Source of the DNA: a virus
Taxonomy: Duplodnaviria; Caudoviricetes
Length of the DNA: 63,704 bases
Strand: one strand, 5' to 3'
IMG/VR virus record: IMGVR_UViG_3300025829_000001
Span: 1-63,704 of that record
A program made the position numbers and the translations under genes. Position 1 is the first letter of the stretch. Every line of letters starts with the position of its first letter. Below are positions 1 through 9,384 of this stretch, piece after piece. The notes beneath the pieces are model-generated. The model ran no database searches. It was not told the origin of the DNA and saw only the letters and a program-made list of their open reading frames with translations.

Positions 1-127
1 CACGACTTGTTGCCGACGCCGACCCCAACGCCATCCATCCAGGTGGAAACGACATCGCCACCAATCGCTGTGGCCACGGCATCAATCGTTTGGCTGCCTT
101 GACCTGACGTCGCTGTGCCTATTACTG
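1..127. repeat. 127-bp direct end overlap (left copy); indicates a circular or circularly permuted complete assembly
   Basis: Bases 1-127 are identical to 63578-63704, and a reading frame continues across the join. 127 is a common assembler k-mer length. Confidence 0.95.
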
Positions 128-3100
128 CGTTGCCGTTTGCGCCTACGGCATCTACCGTTTGGCTGCCTTGACCTGTCGCTGTTGTTCCGCTGAATTGCAG
201 CGTTGATACCGCATCAACTGTTTGGCTGCCCTGGCTGGAGGTCTCCGTGGCAATGAACTGCAACGCTGCGACAGCGTCAGTAGTTTGCGCTCCTTGCCCA
301 CTTGTCTCGGCAGCAACAAATTGCAGTTGGCTTGTTGCGCTGACTGTTTGGCTGGCTTGTCCACTGGTTGCGGCAGCGATGAATCGTAGCGCAGCGAGCG
401 CAGTAACAGACTGCGAACCCTGACCAGAAGACGCCGTGCCGGTTATTGCGGCACTTGCGGCACCGGTTGCATCAACAGTTTGGCTGCCTTGTCCAGATGT
501 CGCGGTGCCCGCAAATGTTTCATTCGCGGTGGCAGCAACGCCCTGCGATCCTTGACTGCTTGTCTCGACGGCGATGAACTGAAGCAGCGCATTGCTTGTG
601 CTGCTCTGACTTCCTTGTCCAGACGCTGCTGTGCCAGCGAAGCCTTCTGTTTCACTGGCCGTAATGGATTGAGACCCATTACCACTCGTTTCTGTTGCGA
701 TGAATTGTAACAAAACACTTGCTGTGACGCTTTGAGAACCTTGCCCGCTTGTCGTGTTGCCGATGAACTGGAGTGAAGCTGCACTACTGACTATCTGGCT
801 TCCTTGGCCAGAAGCGATTGTTCCTGTGAACGCTTCGCTTGCTGCTGCGCTAACAGACTGAGACCCCTGACCACTTGTTGCTGTCGCTAGGAATTGCAAC
901 AATGCAGTTGATGCTGCGCTCTGAGAACCTTGCCCAGTGGCAACCGTACCTGAGACAGCGACGCCGGTGGTAGCCGTCGCATCGACAGTCTGGGAACCTT
1001 GCCCTGTGCTTGTATATGACGCATCAAACTCGGCGATGATGGTGGCAGATTTACTGCCGCTGGCACTCCCCCATGTGACCGTCGTTCCGCTGAATCCTGA
1101 GTCGCGCGTGACGTATTCTGATCCTGCGGTAATACCGTTGGAGTTGTACCCGGTATTATTTTGTTCAGTCCACCCAGTAGGCGGTGTAATTCCTGAAGGA
1201 TTTAAAGCATTACCTAAAAATCCGAGAGTAGGATTACTGGTTAAAACTGAGACTCCGAACGCAGGCGCAGGGGTAGCGCCGAAAGCTTGGGTAGTTACTG
1301 CATTCTGCCTTACTGCGTTGGCCCCAGTTCGGCTCATGCTAGAAATACGAGCTATTGAAATTACCGCGCCATTAGATGTCCCTGAGCAAGTAAGAGTACA
1401 GGTCTGATTAACCGCTGATGCTAGTTGGTCAGCGATAAACAAAAACGTATTACGGGAGGCTGTGTTGAAATTATCGTTACTGTCGCCGTAACTCGAACTG
1501 AATGTTAGTCCATTAGAATTAGATAGTGTCAGGGTAATGGGAGTGGTAGATGACGTCACAACCATCACCGCCAGAAGATCACCCGCTGCCGGAGTAAATG
1601 CCCCGGTAGTGAAGCCTGTCCCAACTGCGTTATTGACTGTGGTTATGGCGTGGGTGCACGCTGGCGTTGGTAAGGCCGGATTAGCAATAAACTGCAATGC
1701 AGCATTAGCAGTAACAGTCTGGCTGCCTTGCCCGGATGTCGCGGTGCCTGTTATTACCGTGCCCGTGGTAGCGGAAGCGGAAACAGTTTGCGAACCTTGT
1801 CCTGTGGCAGCCGTACCAGTGATCGGGGTAGAGGCCGCAAGAGGACGTATCGCATACCCAGCGATGGCCCAGGTCGTCGTAATGCCCATGCCTGTGAAGC
1901 CCATCGTCACCGAACCGGCGGGCGTCTTGGCAGCGTTGTTGTCTTCGTCCGCCCCAGAACCTAACGTCCCTGCCACGTTATTCCGTGAGGTATTATTGGC
2001 AGCAATCGACGTGTCGTTGGCCACGCAGGCCGCGACGACCCAACAATTATCCGCGACCGTCGTTATCGCGACTGAAGCATCGGTAGCAGAACCGGCATTG
2101 GTGGCCTGGGCCGAGTTGAAAGCCTCGGTAGGGGCCGTCTGGTGCACCCCGGTGTAGGACTCTGCGGTTGCGACACTCTCAATTGAGGCCGAAAGATTAA
2201 CCTGAATCGATTTCGTGCCCGCTGTGGGATTTGCCAGTCCCCACATCTCCACCCGACCAGCACCGGTGACGGTGGATTTTGCGCCGATAAAGGCCAGGGC
2301 TACGTTGCCGCCGCCAGAGTCATCTATCACGCTGGTGACGGTCGCACCGGTCACCGTTAGTAATTCTACGTTGACTGCTAGGTAAGTATTGCTGCCCGTA
2401 ACGGTACGGTTAAACGTGTAGGTGCTGGCTGCTGCCTGATCGCCGGAATTTGAAGCAGCGCCGAACGCAATCCCTGTTGCTGCAACGCTTACCCATATTC
2501 TGCGTGTGTCTTTGAACAGTTGCCAGGGGTTTGCTGTTAAAGATTTTAGCTCTGGCTCTGTAAGAGCTTTATTAAACGGCGCTAGTAATGCTAAATCAAC
2601 GGCCGATGCGTTGGATTTATTATTTAAAGTTGTGCCGATATTTATGACACCGCCATTGTCGGCCACAGCAGAAGGCGAACTCATGTAATCTAATGTATTG
2701 GTTTGCTTTACCCCGTTGACGTAATGCACGGCCAACGATAAATCAGCCACATTGCCGCTAGGGACTGATACACCCCAAACAAGTAACTTATTGGTGCTAA
2801 ATGTTTCAGCAGTTTTATACCAACCAGCACCACCGCTGGAGGTTGCTCTGCCGATTTTCAGATGACCAGTAGCGTCGACAAACAACATCCACGGAGTGTT
2901 ATACCAGTTGGTGTCGCCTGAGTCTTTCAGTGCAAAACATTGGTCGGCCCCGATTGACCGTATTACAAAAACGGTCAGTAAGGTGATTGGGCCTGTAATT
3001 GCATATTGTGCATCATTCGGATATGTTAAATAATTCGTGCCTCCGGTCAGGCTTTTCGCAATTACCCCGCCGGACACGACTACTGGGGCAGTATCATGTG

Positions 3101-3200
3101 TAGCACCAAGCTTGTAGCGCGAAAAAGGCGCAACCAGCCCTCTTGATATCCATTTTGGATCAAGATCAAACGGGCCTGCCTGCGGCTGTTTATATCTCAC
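1..3200 (-). CDS. Large putative virion protein (about 1170 aa), 5' part: LamG/ConA-like N-terminus, beta-rich domains and GQGSQ repeats; continues across the join to 63265
   Basis: Hand translation from GTG at 3200 (GAGG upstream) is open to position 1 and joins in frame with 63577-63265 (3513 nt). It contains LTANPWQLFK, typical of the end of phage LamG domains, and about 17 (S/T)GQGSQ-type repeats. It is absent from the ORF track because it crosses the window end. Confidence 0.85.
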   Translation of the reverse strand, partial: MRYKQPQAGPFDLDPKWISRGLVAPFSRYKLGATHDTAPVVVSGGVIAKSLTGGTNYLTYPNDAQYAITGPITLLTVFVIRSIGADQCFALKDSGDTNWYNTPWMLFVDATGHLKIGRATSSGGAGWYKTAETFSTNKLLVWGVSVPSGNVADLSLAVHYVNGVKQTNTLDYMSSPSAVADNGGVINIGTTLNNKSNASAVDLALLAPFNKALTEPELKSLTANPWQLFKDTRRIWVSVAATGIAFGAASNSGDQAAASTYTFNRTVTGSNTYLAVNVELLTVTGATVTSVIDDSGGGNVALAFIGAKSTVTGAGRVEMWGLANPTAGTKSIQVNLSASIESVATAESYTGVHQTAPTEAFNSAQATNAGSATDASVAITTVADNCWVVAACVANDTSIAANNTSRNNVAGTLGSGADEDNNAAKTPAGSVTMGFTGMGITTTWAIAGYAIRPLAASTPITGTAATGQGSQTVSASATTGTVITGTATSGQGSQTVTANAALQFIANPALPTPACTHAITTVNNAVGTGFTTGAFTPAAGDLLAVMVVTSSTTPITLTLSNSNGLTFSSSYGDSNDNFNTASRNTFLFIADQLASAVNQTCTLTCSGTSNGAVISIARISSMSRTGANAVRQNAVTTQAFGATPAPAFGVSVLTSNPTLGFLGNALNPSGITPPTGWTEQNNTGYNSNGITAGSEYVTRDSGFSGTTVTWGSASGSKSATIIAEFDASYTSTGQGSQTVDATATTGVAVSGTVATGQGSQSAASTALLQFLATATSGQGSQSVSAAASEAFTGTIASGQGSQIVSSAASLQFIGNTTSGQGSQSVTASVLLQFIATETSGNGSQSITASETEGFAGTAASGQGSQSSTSNALLQFIAVETSSQGSQGVAATANETFAGTATSGQGSQTVDATGAASAAITGTASSGQGSQSVTALAALRFIAAATSGQASQTVSATSQLQFVAAETSGQGAQTTDAVAALQFIATETSSQGSQTVDAVSTLQFSGTTATGQGSQTVDAVGANGNAVIGTATSGQGSQTIDAVATAIGGDVVSTWMDGVGVGVGNKS

Positions 3201-3232
3201 GGCTTACAGCCTCGTCAGGAGAGTAGGATTCC

Positions 3233-3589
3233 TCATATCGTTGAACCTTCCTGACCGTAAATTTCCACGGTAATGGAATTGGTCGCCCCATTGGTGATGG
3301 TGCAGTTGGCGAACATATGCTGCAAGCCGTACTCACATTCAATGTCATTAACAGAACTATTTACGGTGTCGCCACCGCCCGACCAACGCTTGTATTTTTT
3401 ACCCGTGGCATCGCCAGAATAAAATGTAACAACAGGCGCTGTTGTTGGGGCAGATGACCCATTAGTTAAGCGAACGATAATACTCCCGGCATAAGCGGTA
3501 GACATATTCCACTCAGCCGCGTTGACGCTCGTACTAGCCGCCAACGACTGTGAGGTAAGGAGAACTTTTTGTGCTTTTCCAGCGGCCAT
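3233..3589 (-). CDS. Small beta-rich putative virion protein
   Basis: Thr/Ser/Asn-rich 118-aa ORF in the head module, closely spaced with its neighbours; four N-X-S/T sequons. Confidence 0.7.
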   Translation of the reverse strand: MAAGKAQKVLLTSQSLAASTSVNAAEWNMSTAYAGSIIVRLTNGSSAPTTAPVVTFYSGDATGKKYKRWSGGGDTVNSSVNDIECEYGLQHMFANCTITNGATNSITVEIYGQEGSTI

Positions 3590-3592
3590 GAT

Positions 3593-4012
3593 TTAGCCTC
3601 CCAGCCAAGTGCCTGCTGCATCCCATAGAGCGCAGCGCACGTCGAATTCGGTGATAGGGTCAGGTGTTGCGGCCAGTGCCAGCAGAATATCCGCCTGCGT
3701 CTGAGTAAATACCACGCCCACAAGCGCCTGAATCTGCCCGCGTGTGGATAGCTTGCTTATGTCCAGTTCGCCACGGTCAAGCAACTTCATGGCCCATTTA
3801 ACAGGTGCGGATTGAGCAGCGAGCGATTCAAGCGCATTCAACACATTGGCTCCATCAACCGGCCCTAGCGCGTCCATGACAGTGCCGTAGCCAACCATCG
3901 TGGGTTGCAGGCGAGTACGGCCAAGGGATACCTTGGCGGCAATTGCGCCGTCATCACGGCTGGCTAGTTCAGCAGGCGTACACTTGGCTTTGATTTCGTC
4001 TAGTAGCATCAC
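3593..4012 (-). CDS. Hypothetical phage protein (head module)
   Basis: 139-aa ORF tightly packed between co-oriented genes. Confidence 0.7.
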   Translation of the reverse strand: MMLLDEIKAKCTPAELASRDDGAIAAKVSLGRTRLQPTMVGYGTVMDALGPVDGANVLNALESLAAQSAPVKWAMKLLDRGELDISKLSTRGQIQALVGVVFTQTQADILLALAATPDPITEFDVRCALWDAAGTWLGG

Positions 4013-4432
4013 TTAACTGCCCGAAGTGCTCTTAGCAACAGTGTGCACAAAACTGCTGATGCTCACCTGTGCATTAGCCTGAATCGCAATGCTGTTCAGC
4101 ACTATGTTGGTATTGGCTGTGCCCACGCTTACGTCCGTGATCTTGGTGGTGTGGTCCGTCTTGTAACAGCGCGCCCAGGTGGCATTCCCAGTCATGGCAG
4201 CAGCGGAGCACGCGGTCATCGGGTTTGCCGTGATCACGCCGTTCGCAGCGGACGGAAATGCCGTGGAATTGAATCCTACGGTGCAGAGCAGGTTCTGTGC
4301 CCCAACTGCGGTGTCCCCTGTTGCGGCCTGGGTGCCGTCATACAGATCGCAGAAGCCGGAATTGAACAACGCAGCGAAGGCGTCCGCTTCCGTGCTTGCT
4401 GCGAGGTTGGTTAGCTGTGTGTTTTTTGCCAT
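4013..4432 (-). CDS. Putative virion structural or decoration protein
   Basis: Motifs LYDGTQAAT, ATWARCY and DVSVGT resemble a common phage structural family; AAGGAG RBS upstream. Confidence 0.7.
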   Translation of the reverse strand: MAKNTQLTNLAASTEADAFAALFNSGFCDLYDGTQAATGDTAVGAQNLLCTVGFNSTAFPSAANGVITANPMTACSAAAMTGNATWARCYKTDHTTKITDVSVGTANTNIVLNSIAIQANAQVSISSFVHTVAKSTSGS

Positions 4433-4443
4433 GTTAACGCTCC

Positions 4444-6066
4444 TTAAGTCTTAGTGAGTTCATCTTCGTAAACGATCTTGGCCAGCATTGAGCCGTCCGG
4501 CTGACGTTCGGCTTTCACGGTGGTGGAGCGTGGTTTCTCGGCAGGCAGAGTGTTGTTGGTAATGTTCCGCATGTGCACATCCGGCGGTTCAATGTTGACT
4601 GTTATGGGACTAGGCTCCGAACCAGCAACGCGCACGAATGTATCCCCTTGATGTATCTCCGGCGTATTGACCGTGATGTTGAACATCTTCTGCACCTCTG
4701 CCTCGCCGGATGGTGCTGTACTGGCACTGGTACCAGTCGCTTCAACAGCGGCGGGTGGTGTGACGGGAGGAGGAGGCCAGGCGGCATTGACCTCCTCAGG
4801 CGTCAAGGCGTCCATGCCCAGGCGCTCACGCACCTCGGTCGGCGTCATAATGCGTGTCTCAGTATAAAGCTGGTCAACTTTCGCTTGGGTCAATGGGTCC
4901 AGCGCCATCTCCATCTTCCACTTGAACTTTACCTCTGGCGTGCCTAAGTGGCGGGAGATCAAAAAGTTCATCTTGTTCTGGATCCAGCGCATCAGGGGCA
5001 TCAACCCCTCTTCTTTAGCCGTCTCAGCACCCTGCTCGGCTGTGGCACGGTTGTTGGATTTGATGAACGGGGTCGGCGCGATGGAGAACGCGAAGCATAC
5101 AATGCGCGCCAGCCACTCGTCGTACTCGTCCTTGAGGATGTCTTTACGCGGGAAGACGATGTCTTTAAGTGTCGGGATGAACCGCATCTTGCGCCGGGCT
5201 GCCGTGTTGCCCTCATTCATGCTGTCCCAGAGCAGCTGGAAGTCGGCGATCTGCTTCGGCGTCCAGGTTTCAGGCACCTGGGCGATGGCTTCTGGCACGT
5301 TGCCACTGGTGTAGAACTCTAGCTGGCTCATCTGGCGGCGCAGGGCGATGTTGACCGTCATCATGACCTGCTCGACTGGCGACATGCCATACAGCCGGTT
5401 GGTACGCGGATTGCGCATCATGTAGATGAGCTGGTCAGACGTCAGGTCGTTCGCCATGATGCCATGCAGCACCTGTTGATAGGCTGGGTCGGGCGGCAAC
5501 GGCGTGCGTCCGGTGGCGTCAATCTTGCGCGTAATGGTCGCCGCATCAATCAGTTCCAGCGCCCTGACCTTGCCGCCACGGTTCATGGCGGGGTAAACTG
5601 CAACCGCATCAATGACCAGCAGGTCTTCCACGAACATGCTGAGCCAATCATCCCAGGCGTGCTCGCCATCAGGCCGCTCGAAGAAGTCCGACACAGTCTT
5701 AACTTGCGCCGCCAAGGCCTCTGGTGCTACAGTTTCATCGGACGGCACAATTTCCCAAGCGAAGCTCTTGATCTGATCCTTGCGCGTCTCGATGACTAGG
5801 CGCAGCAGGTCGTAGCCGTCCGCCAGGTTGCGCATGAGGTAGAACGGATTCGCCTCCGTGCTGCGTGGTTGCAGGCGAGTGTTGATCGCGACAGGGTAAT
5901 CGAATTGTCGGCCTTCGGTCTTATCCTGTGCGACAGGCGCCAGCGGCTGTCCTGGGCCGAACCAGGCGGATGGGTCAGCACCCGTGATCATGTAACGCAG
6001 GCCACCCGTTATGCGGGTGATGACACCTGGGTCTACGTTGCTGCCGGAGGTTTCGCGGGATGCCAT
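4444..6066 (-). CDS. Portal protein
   Basis: 540 aa, downstream of TerL; motifs EDLLVIDA, YGMSPVE and ICFAFSIAP-like segment typical of Phage_portal proteins. Confidence 0.9.
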   Translation of the reverse strand: MASRETSGSNVDPGVITRITGGLRYMITGADPSAWFGPGQPLAPVAQDKTEGRQFDYPVAINTRLQPRSTEANPFYLMRNLADGYDLLRLVIETRKDQIKSFAWEIVPSDETVAPEALAAQVKTVSDFFERPDGEHAWDDWLSMFVEDLLVIDAVAVYPAMNRGGKVRALELIDAATITRKIDATGRTPLPPDPAYQQVLHGIMANDLTSDQLIYMMRNPRTNRLYGMSPVEQVMMTVNIALRRQMSQLEFYTSGNVPEAIAQVPETWTPKQIADFQLLWDSMNEGNTAARRKMRFIPTLKDIVFPRKDILKDEYDEWLARIVCFAFSIAPTPFIKSNNRATAEQGAETAKEEGLMPLMRWIQNKMNFLISRHLGTPEVKFKWKMEMALDPLTQAKVDQLYTETRIMTPTEVRERLGMDALTPEEVNAAWPPPPVTPPAAVEATGTSASTAPSGEAEVQKMFNITVNTPEIHQGDTFVRVAGSEPSPITVNIEPPDVHMRNITNNTLPAEKPRSTTVKAERQPDGSMLAKIVYEDELTKT

Positions 6067-6581
6067 TATTTATAATTGCTCGAATGTCCGCCACGATCGG
6101 TGGTTGGTGCTGGACCAGAAATGGTATTGTATCGATCAGTGGTTGCAGCAGCAGAAGTGTGACCGTGCGATTCTAGAGATGTTGTTTTTGTTTCATTTGC
6201 AAGACGCAAACCAAAAGCAGTTGCCATTTTCTCGTGTGTTGACGCCGCAGAGTCATGATATGCCGCAGCAGAAAAATTACCGTGCGTGCGGGAAACATTT
6301 CTAGCGCTTTGGTGTAGCTCTTTTGCCCTTGTGTGCAATGTTTGTGCTACTCTATTTGAACCTGTTCCAGCTTGAGCGCTAACAGCAGCATCATTGGCTT
6401 TGCGTGTAGCTATTTCTGCATCTTTTGCAGTTTGTCCTCCACCACCTTGATACTGATTCCCGTGGAACTCATGACCGGGCAGATCGCCTTTTTGCAGGTT
6501 GAACAGCGGCGTGCCAACTTCAGGTGCAATAGCTGCCTTGATTAAGTCCACAGCTGCTTGACGATCATGTAGGTTGCTCAT
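6066..6581 (-). CDS. His/Ala-rich putative capsid-internal protein carrying the KGDLPGHEFHGNQ motif
   Basis: Lies between TerL and portal; shares a 13-aa motif with the N-terminus of the MuF fusion. Confidence 0.7.
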   Translation of the reverse strand: MSNLHDRQAAVDLIKAAIAPEVGTPLFNLQKGDLPGHEFHGNQYQGGGGQTAKDAEIATRKANDAAVSAQAGTGSNRVAQTLHTRAKELHQSARNVSRTHGNFSAAAYHDSAASTHEKMATAFGLRLANETKTTSLESHGHTSAAATTDRYNTISGPAPTTDRGGHSSNYK

Positions 6582-8110
6582 GCTGCTTCCTTTGCTTTGG
6601 CTGCTTGTTGGTAGAATTCGATGAGGCCGAACGATTTGCTACGCACACGGCGCCAGTTGCAATACTGCGTCATGCCGTCCACCTCATCGTCGTGCGGCAA
6701 GGTTGGAAAGCCGCTGACCTCATGCAGAAATGTTTCAATATCTGGATCAATGCCAGGGTCTGGAAGCCACACGTTGCCTGCCTCCTGGCTGGGCTGCATC
6801 GCATACGCCCGTGCGGTCTTGCCGCCTTCGGGGTTGATCGCGATGATGCCGGAAATCTCTGACGACAGCGTCTCGATGACCGCGCTGCCGTTGGCCTTAT
6901 CTTCAATCAGGATGGCCACTGCGTGAGGGTAGAGCGCCTTCATCGCCCGCACCGCGACGACAGTCGCTGCGAAATTCAAGCGCTGCTTGGTACGCTTCAA
7001 TAGGTAATCGTTCGCGCCCTTGTTGCCCCAGGCTTGAATCGCGACAAAGTCCGATGTTTCCAAATCCTTAAACGTGCAATCCACACTGATGACGATCTCG
7101 TCTAGCTCTGGCAATACCTTCCAAAACTTCCAATGGTTGCGATTGAAGATGATACCGCCACGTGGTTCAGGATTTTGCTGCAGCTGCGCAGCGCGATGGT
7201 AGGTACCCAGCGTCTTCTCAAGCTCCTGCGCCGATGCTTCCGGAACACGCGTTGGATGGATCAGTTCGCCTTCTATCGTGCGCGGATCTTGGAACCCGAT
7301 GCTGGTAGTCTTGCGCAGTGCTTTATCGTAGCGGAAGGGCAGCACCAGGTGCTCCCAGCCTTCCTCCTCTGCCAGCAGGTAGCCAGTCAGGTCGTTCGGG
7401 TTGAGGCGCTGGTGCACGACGATGGCTGCTCCGGTGGTTGGGTCATTTGCCCGCGTTGCCATCGTGCCCTTCCACCACTCGATGCTGCTGGCCAAAGCCA
7501 AAGCGCTGTCAGCATTCTTAGCGGAAACTGGATCGTCCACAATTCTGACGTCGCCGCCGAAGCCTGTGCCAGCTGCGTCGGTGCTGGTGACGATCCTGGT
7601 TCCACGCTTGTCGTTTTCATATCGACTCTTCACGTTCTGGTCGGTCGTCATCTTGAACCGGGTGCCATACGCAACCTGGTAGCGCGGACTTTCGATGATA
7701 CGCCGGGTATCAACCGCATCGCGCACGGCGACATCGGTGGCATAGGATGCCGTCAGATACTGCCTGGAAGGATTTGTGATCCAATCCCACGCAGGAAACG
7801 CCTGGCTAACCAGGGACGATTTCAACATTCTGAACGGCATGTTAATTAACAACTTGCGGATCTGGCCGAGCTTGACTGCTTCTAAATGCTCGCAGATCGC
7901 GTGGATGTGCCAGTTGTCTTGAAAAGGGGTTGCGGGTTGCAGGACGGGCCAGGCAAACAGACGAAAAAAATGATGCAGGCGGCGTTTACCAAGCTCTGCA
8001 TCAAGGACGATGTCGGGGATGTTGTCCTGCTGGACGAATTTTCTTGCTGCTAGTGCATCACGGAAGCGCTTTGTGATATCCCGCTGACTTTTTCCCGCAG
8101 GAGCTTCCAT
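6578..8110 (-). CDS. terL: Terminase large subunit
   Basis: Walker A variant INMPFRMLKS, Walker B IVDDP, nuclease motifs ISVDCTFK and HDDEVD. Confidence 0.95.
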   Translation of the reverse strand: MEAPAGKSQRDITKRFRDALAARKFVQQDNIPDIVLDAELGKRRLHHFFRLFAWPVLQPATPFQDNWHIHAICEHLEAVKLGQIRKLLINMPFRMLKSSLVSQAFPAWDWITNPSRQYLTASYATDVAVRDAVDTRRIIESPRYQVAYGTRFKMTTDQNVKSRYENDKRGTRIVTSTDAAGTGFGGDVRIVDDPVSAKNADSALALASSIEWWKGTMATRANDPTTGAAIVVHQRLNPNDLTGYLLAEEEGWEHLVLPFRYDKALRKTTSIGFQDPRTIEGELIHPTRVPEASAQELEKTLGTYHRAAQLQQNPEPRGGIIFNRNHWKFWKVLPELDEIVISVDCTFKDLETSDFVAIQAWGNKGANDYLLKRTKQRLNFAATVVAVRAMKALYPHAVAILIEDKANGSAVIETLSSEISGIIAINPEGGKTARAYAMQPSQEAGNVWLPDPGIDPDIETFLHEVSGFPTLPHDDEVDGMTQYCNWRRVRSKSFGLIEFYQQAAKAKEAA

Positions 8111-8409
8111 GCCATTATTTCCTCTTCAGACAGGTTTGCCAGGTCATAATCAACCGGCTCGTTCATGTTCAGGTTGGTATTTTCAGTAATGATCGGCGCA
8201 TTGCTCATGCCCTTATCAAGCAGCAACTTGGCGGCGGACACTTGAGCAGCGGAGAGGACTACCTTTTGTTCGGTGAAGGTACCGTCACGAGCAAATATCT
8301 TTTCTTTATCGCCAGCAACAAATTTCGCTAAGCGTTCAAGAACACTGCCTACCTTGATTTTGGCGCGAATTTCTTCTTGATGACGCGGGTGCAATGTTCT
8401 AGCAGCCAT
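8050..8409 (-). CDS. terS: Terminase small subunit
   Basis: 119-aa ORF directly upstream of terL; the N-terminus MAART..HQEEIRAKIK is typical of a TerS family. Confidence 0.75.
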   Translation of the reverse strand: MAARTLHPRHQEEIRAKIKVGSVLERLAKFVAGDKEKIFARDGTFTEQKVVLSAAQVSAAKLLLDKGMSNAPIITENTNLNMNEPVDYDLANLSEEEIMAWKLLREKVSGISQSASVMH

Positions 8410-8519
8410 GATGGGTACTCCAGGAATTTGGGGAACAGCGGGCTTACGCGGGTGTTGGGAGGCCTCTTTTATATATTGGGCGATCTGGGATTGACCAGAT
8501 GCACTGTGTCAGCCACACC

Positions 8520-8565
8520 GTGAGTATATCCTATTTTTAAATAAAATAAAACATTTATTTTTGAG
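8520..8565 (-). promoter_or_regulatory. Putative sigma70-like late promoter upstream of terS
   Basis: AT-rich tract reading TTTATT...TATACT on the minus strand, between the Q-like gene and terS. Confidence 0.45.
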
Positions 8566-8574
8566 TGATTGATA

Positions 8575-9072
8575 CTACATGCGTCTGTCGATGCCCAAGC
8601 GATGCGACACGCGTCTTTCGATGCCCCGCACCACTAGGTCTGCCTTGCCCAGCACGTCTTTAATGATCAGAAAATCTTTTCTAATAAGCTTTTTGCCGGT
8701 GCCGTTGCAAACATGACACCTAATGTTGGACAGCACGGGGGCGCCATCCAGCTTGATGTACTTCACACCACGGCACGCTTCACAATCTCCGGCAACCCAA
8801 TGCTCCAACGCCCTGACAGAGATTTCTTTCGACCAGCGTATCGCTCTGTTATGTAAACTGGCTGCACAGCATGTCCATTGGAAGAATTGATTGCGCGCCC
8901 CGGCGAGTGACTCGGCATCACCGAGGTACTTGAGACGGAACACAGACAGATGGCCAGGGTTCCTGATCCCGGCAAAGGCGATGACACGCAACGTGTCGAC
9001 GTCACAGGCATGTTCCTTCTGCTTCAAGTCTGACGATGTTTCCGCCCTGATTACCCGCACCAATGCACCCAT
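8575..9072 (-). CDS. Putative late-transcription regulator (antiterminator Q-like, zinc finger)
   Basis: CEACRG...CHVCNGTG zinc-finger pattern; positioned just upstream of the packaging and structural operon. Confidence 0.6.
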   Translation of the reverse strand: MGALVRVIRAETSSDLKQKEHACDVDTLRVIAFAGIRNPGHLSVFRLKYLGDAESLAGARNQFFQWTCCAASLHNRAIRWSKEISVRALEHWVAGDCEACRGVKYIKLDGAPVLSNIRCHVCNGTGKKLIRKDFLIIKDVLGKADLVVRGIERRVSHRLGIDRRM

Positions 9073-9122
9073 AAACTTCTCCTTGTTTCACAATTATAAA
9101 CCGCAACTGACACCAAACGGTA

Positions 9123-9366
9123 TTGCTGTATACGTAAGAGATTCTTTTATAAATAATGAAAGTTAATAAACCTCTCGCGCGTTAACTAGTATACGTTTTT
9201 AAGTTATTGTTTTTATTATCGTTATTAGTAGTATCAGTATCGTATCAGATACAGTTCCATGTAACCTATTGATAATAATCAATTATATTAGTAATATCAG
9301 TATATTAGTTAAAATTCTTTTATTAACTTCCATTGTTTATAAAAGAATTCCTTACGTATATAGCAA
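9123..9366. repeat. AT-rich element bounded by 48-bp imperfect inverted repeats with internal direct repeats; candidate replication origin
   Basis: 9123-9170 matches the reverse complement of 9319-9366 at 43/48. TATTAGTA(G/A)TATCAGTAT occurs at 9223 and 9286. Confidence 0.8.
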
Positions 9367-9384
9367 ATAAGCTATAATCTAACC

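Noticed and set aside
1-127. 127-bp terminal repeat as a biological direct terminal repeat
   Set aside because: It falls in the middle of a gene and matches a common assembler k-mer length, so it is best read as a circularisation overlap.
90-1010. 63-69 bp periodic repeats as a CRISPR array
   Set aside because: The repeats are degenerate, keep the reading frame and encode the GQGSQ peptide repeat; no cas genes are present.
937-2157. Plus-strand ORFs 937-1407 and 1537-2157, and the many other antisense ORFs in the track
   Set aside because: They are shadows of coherent genes on the opposite strand and lack RBS or recognisable motifs.
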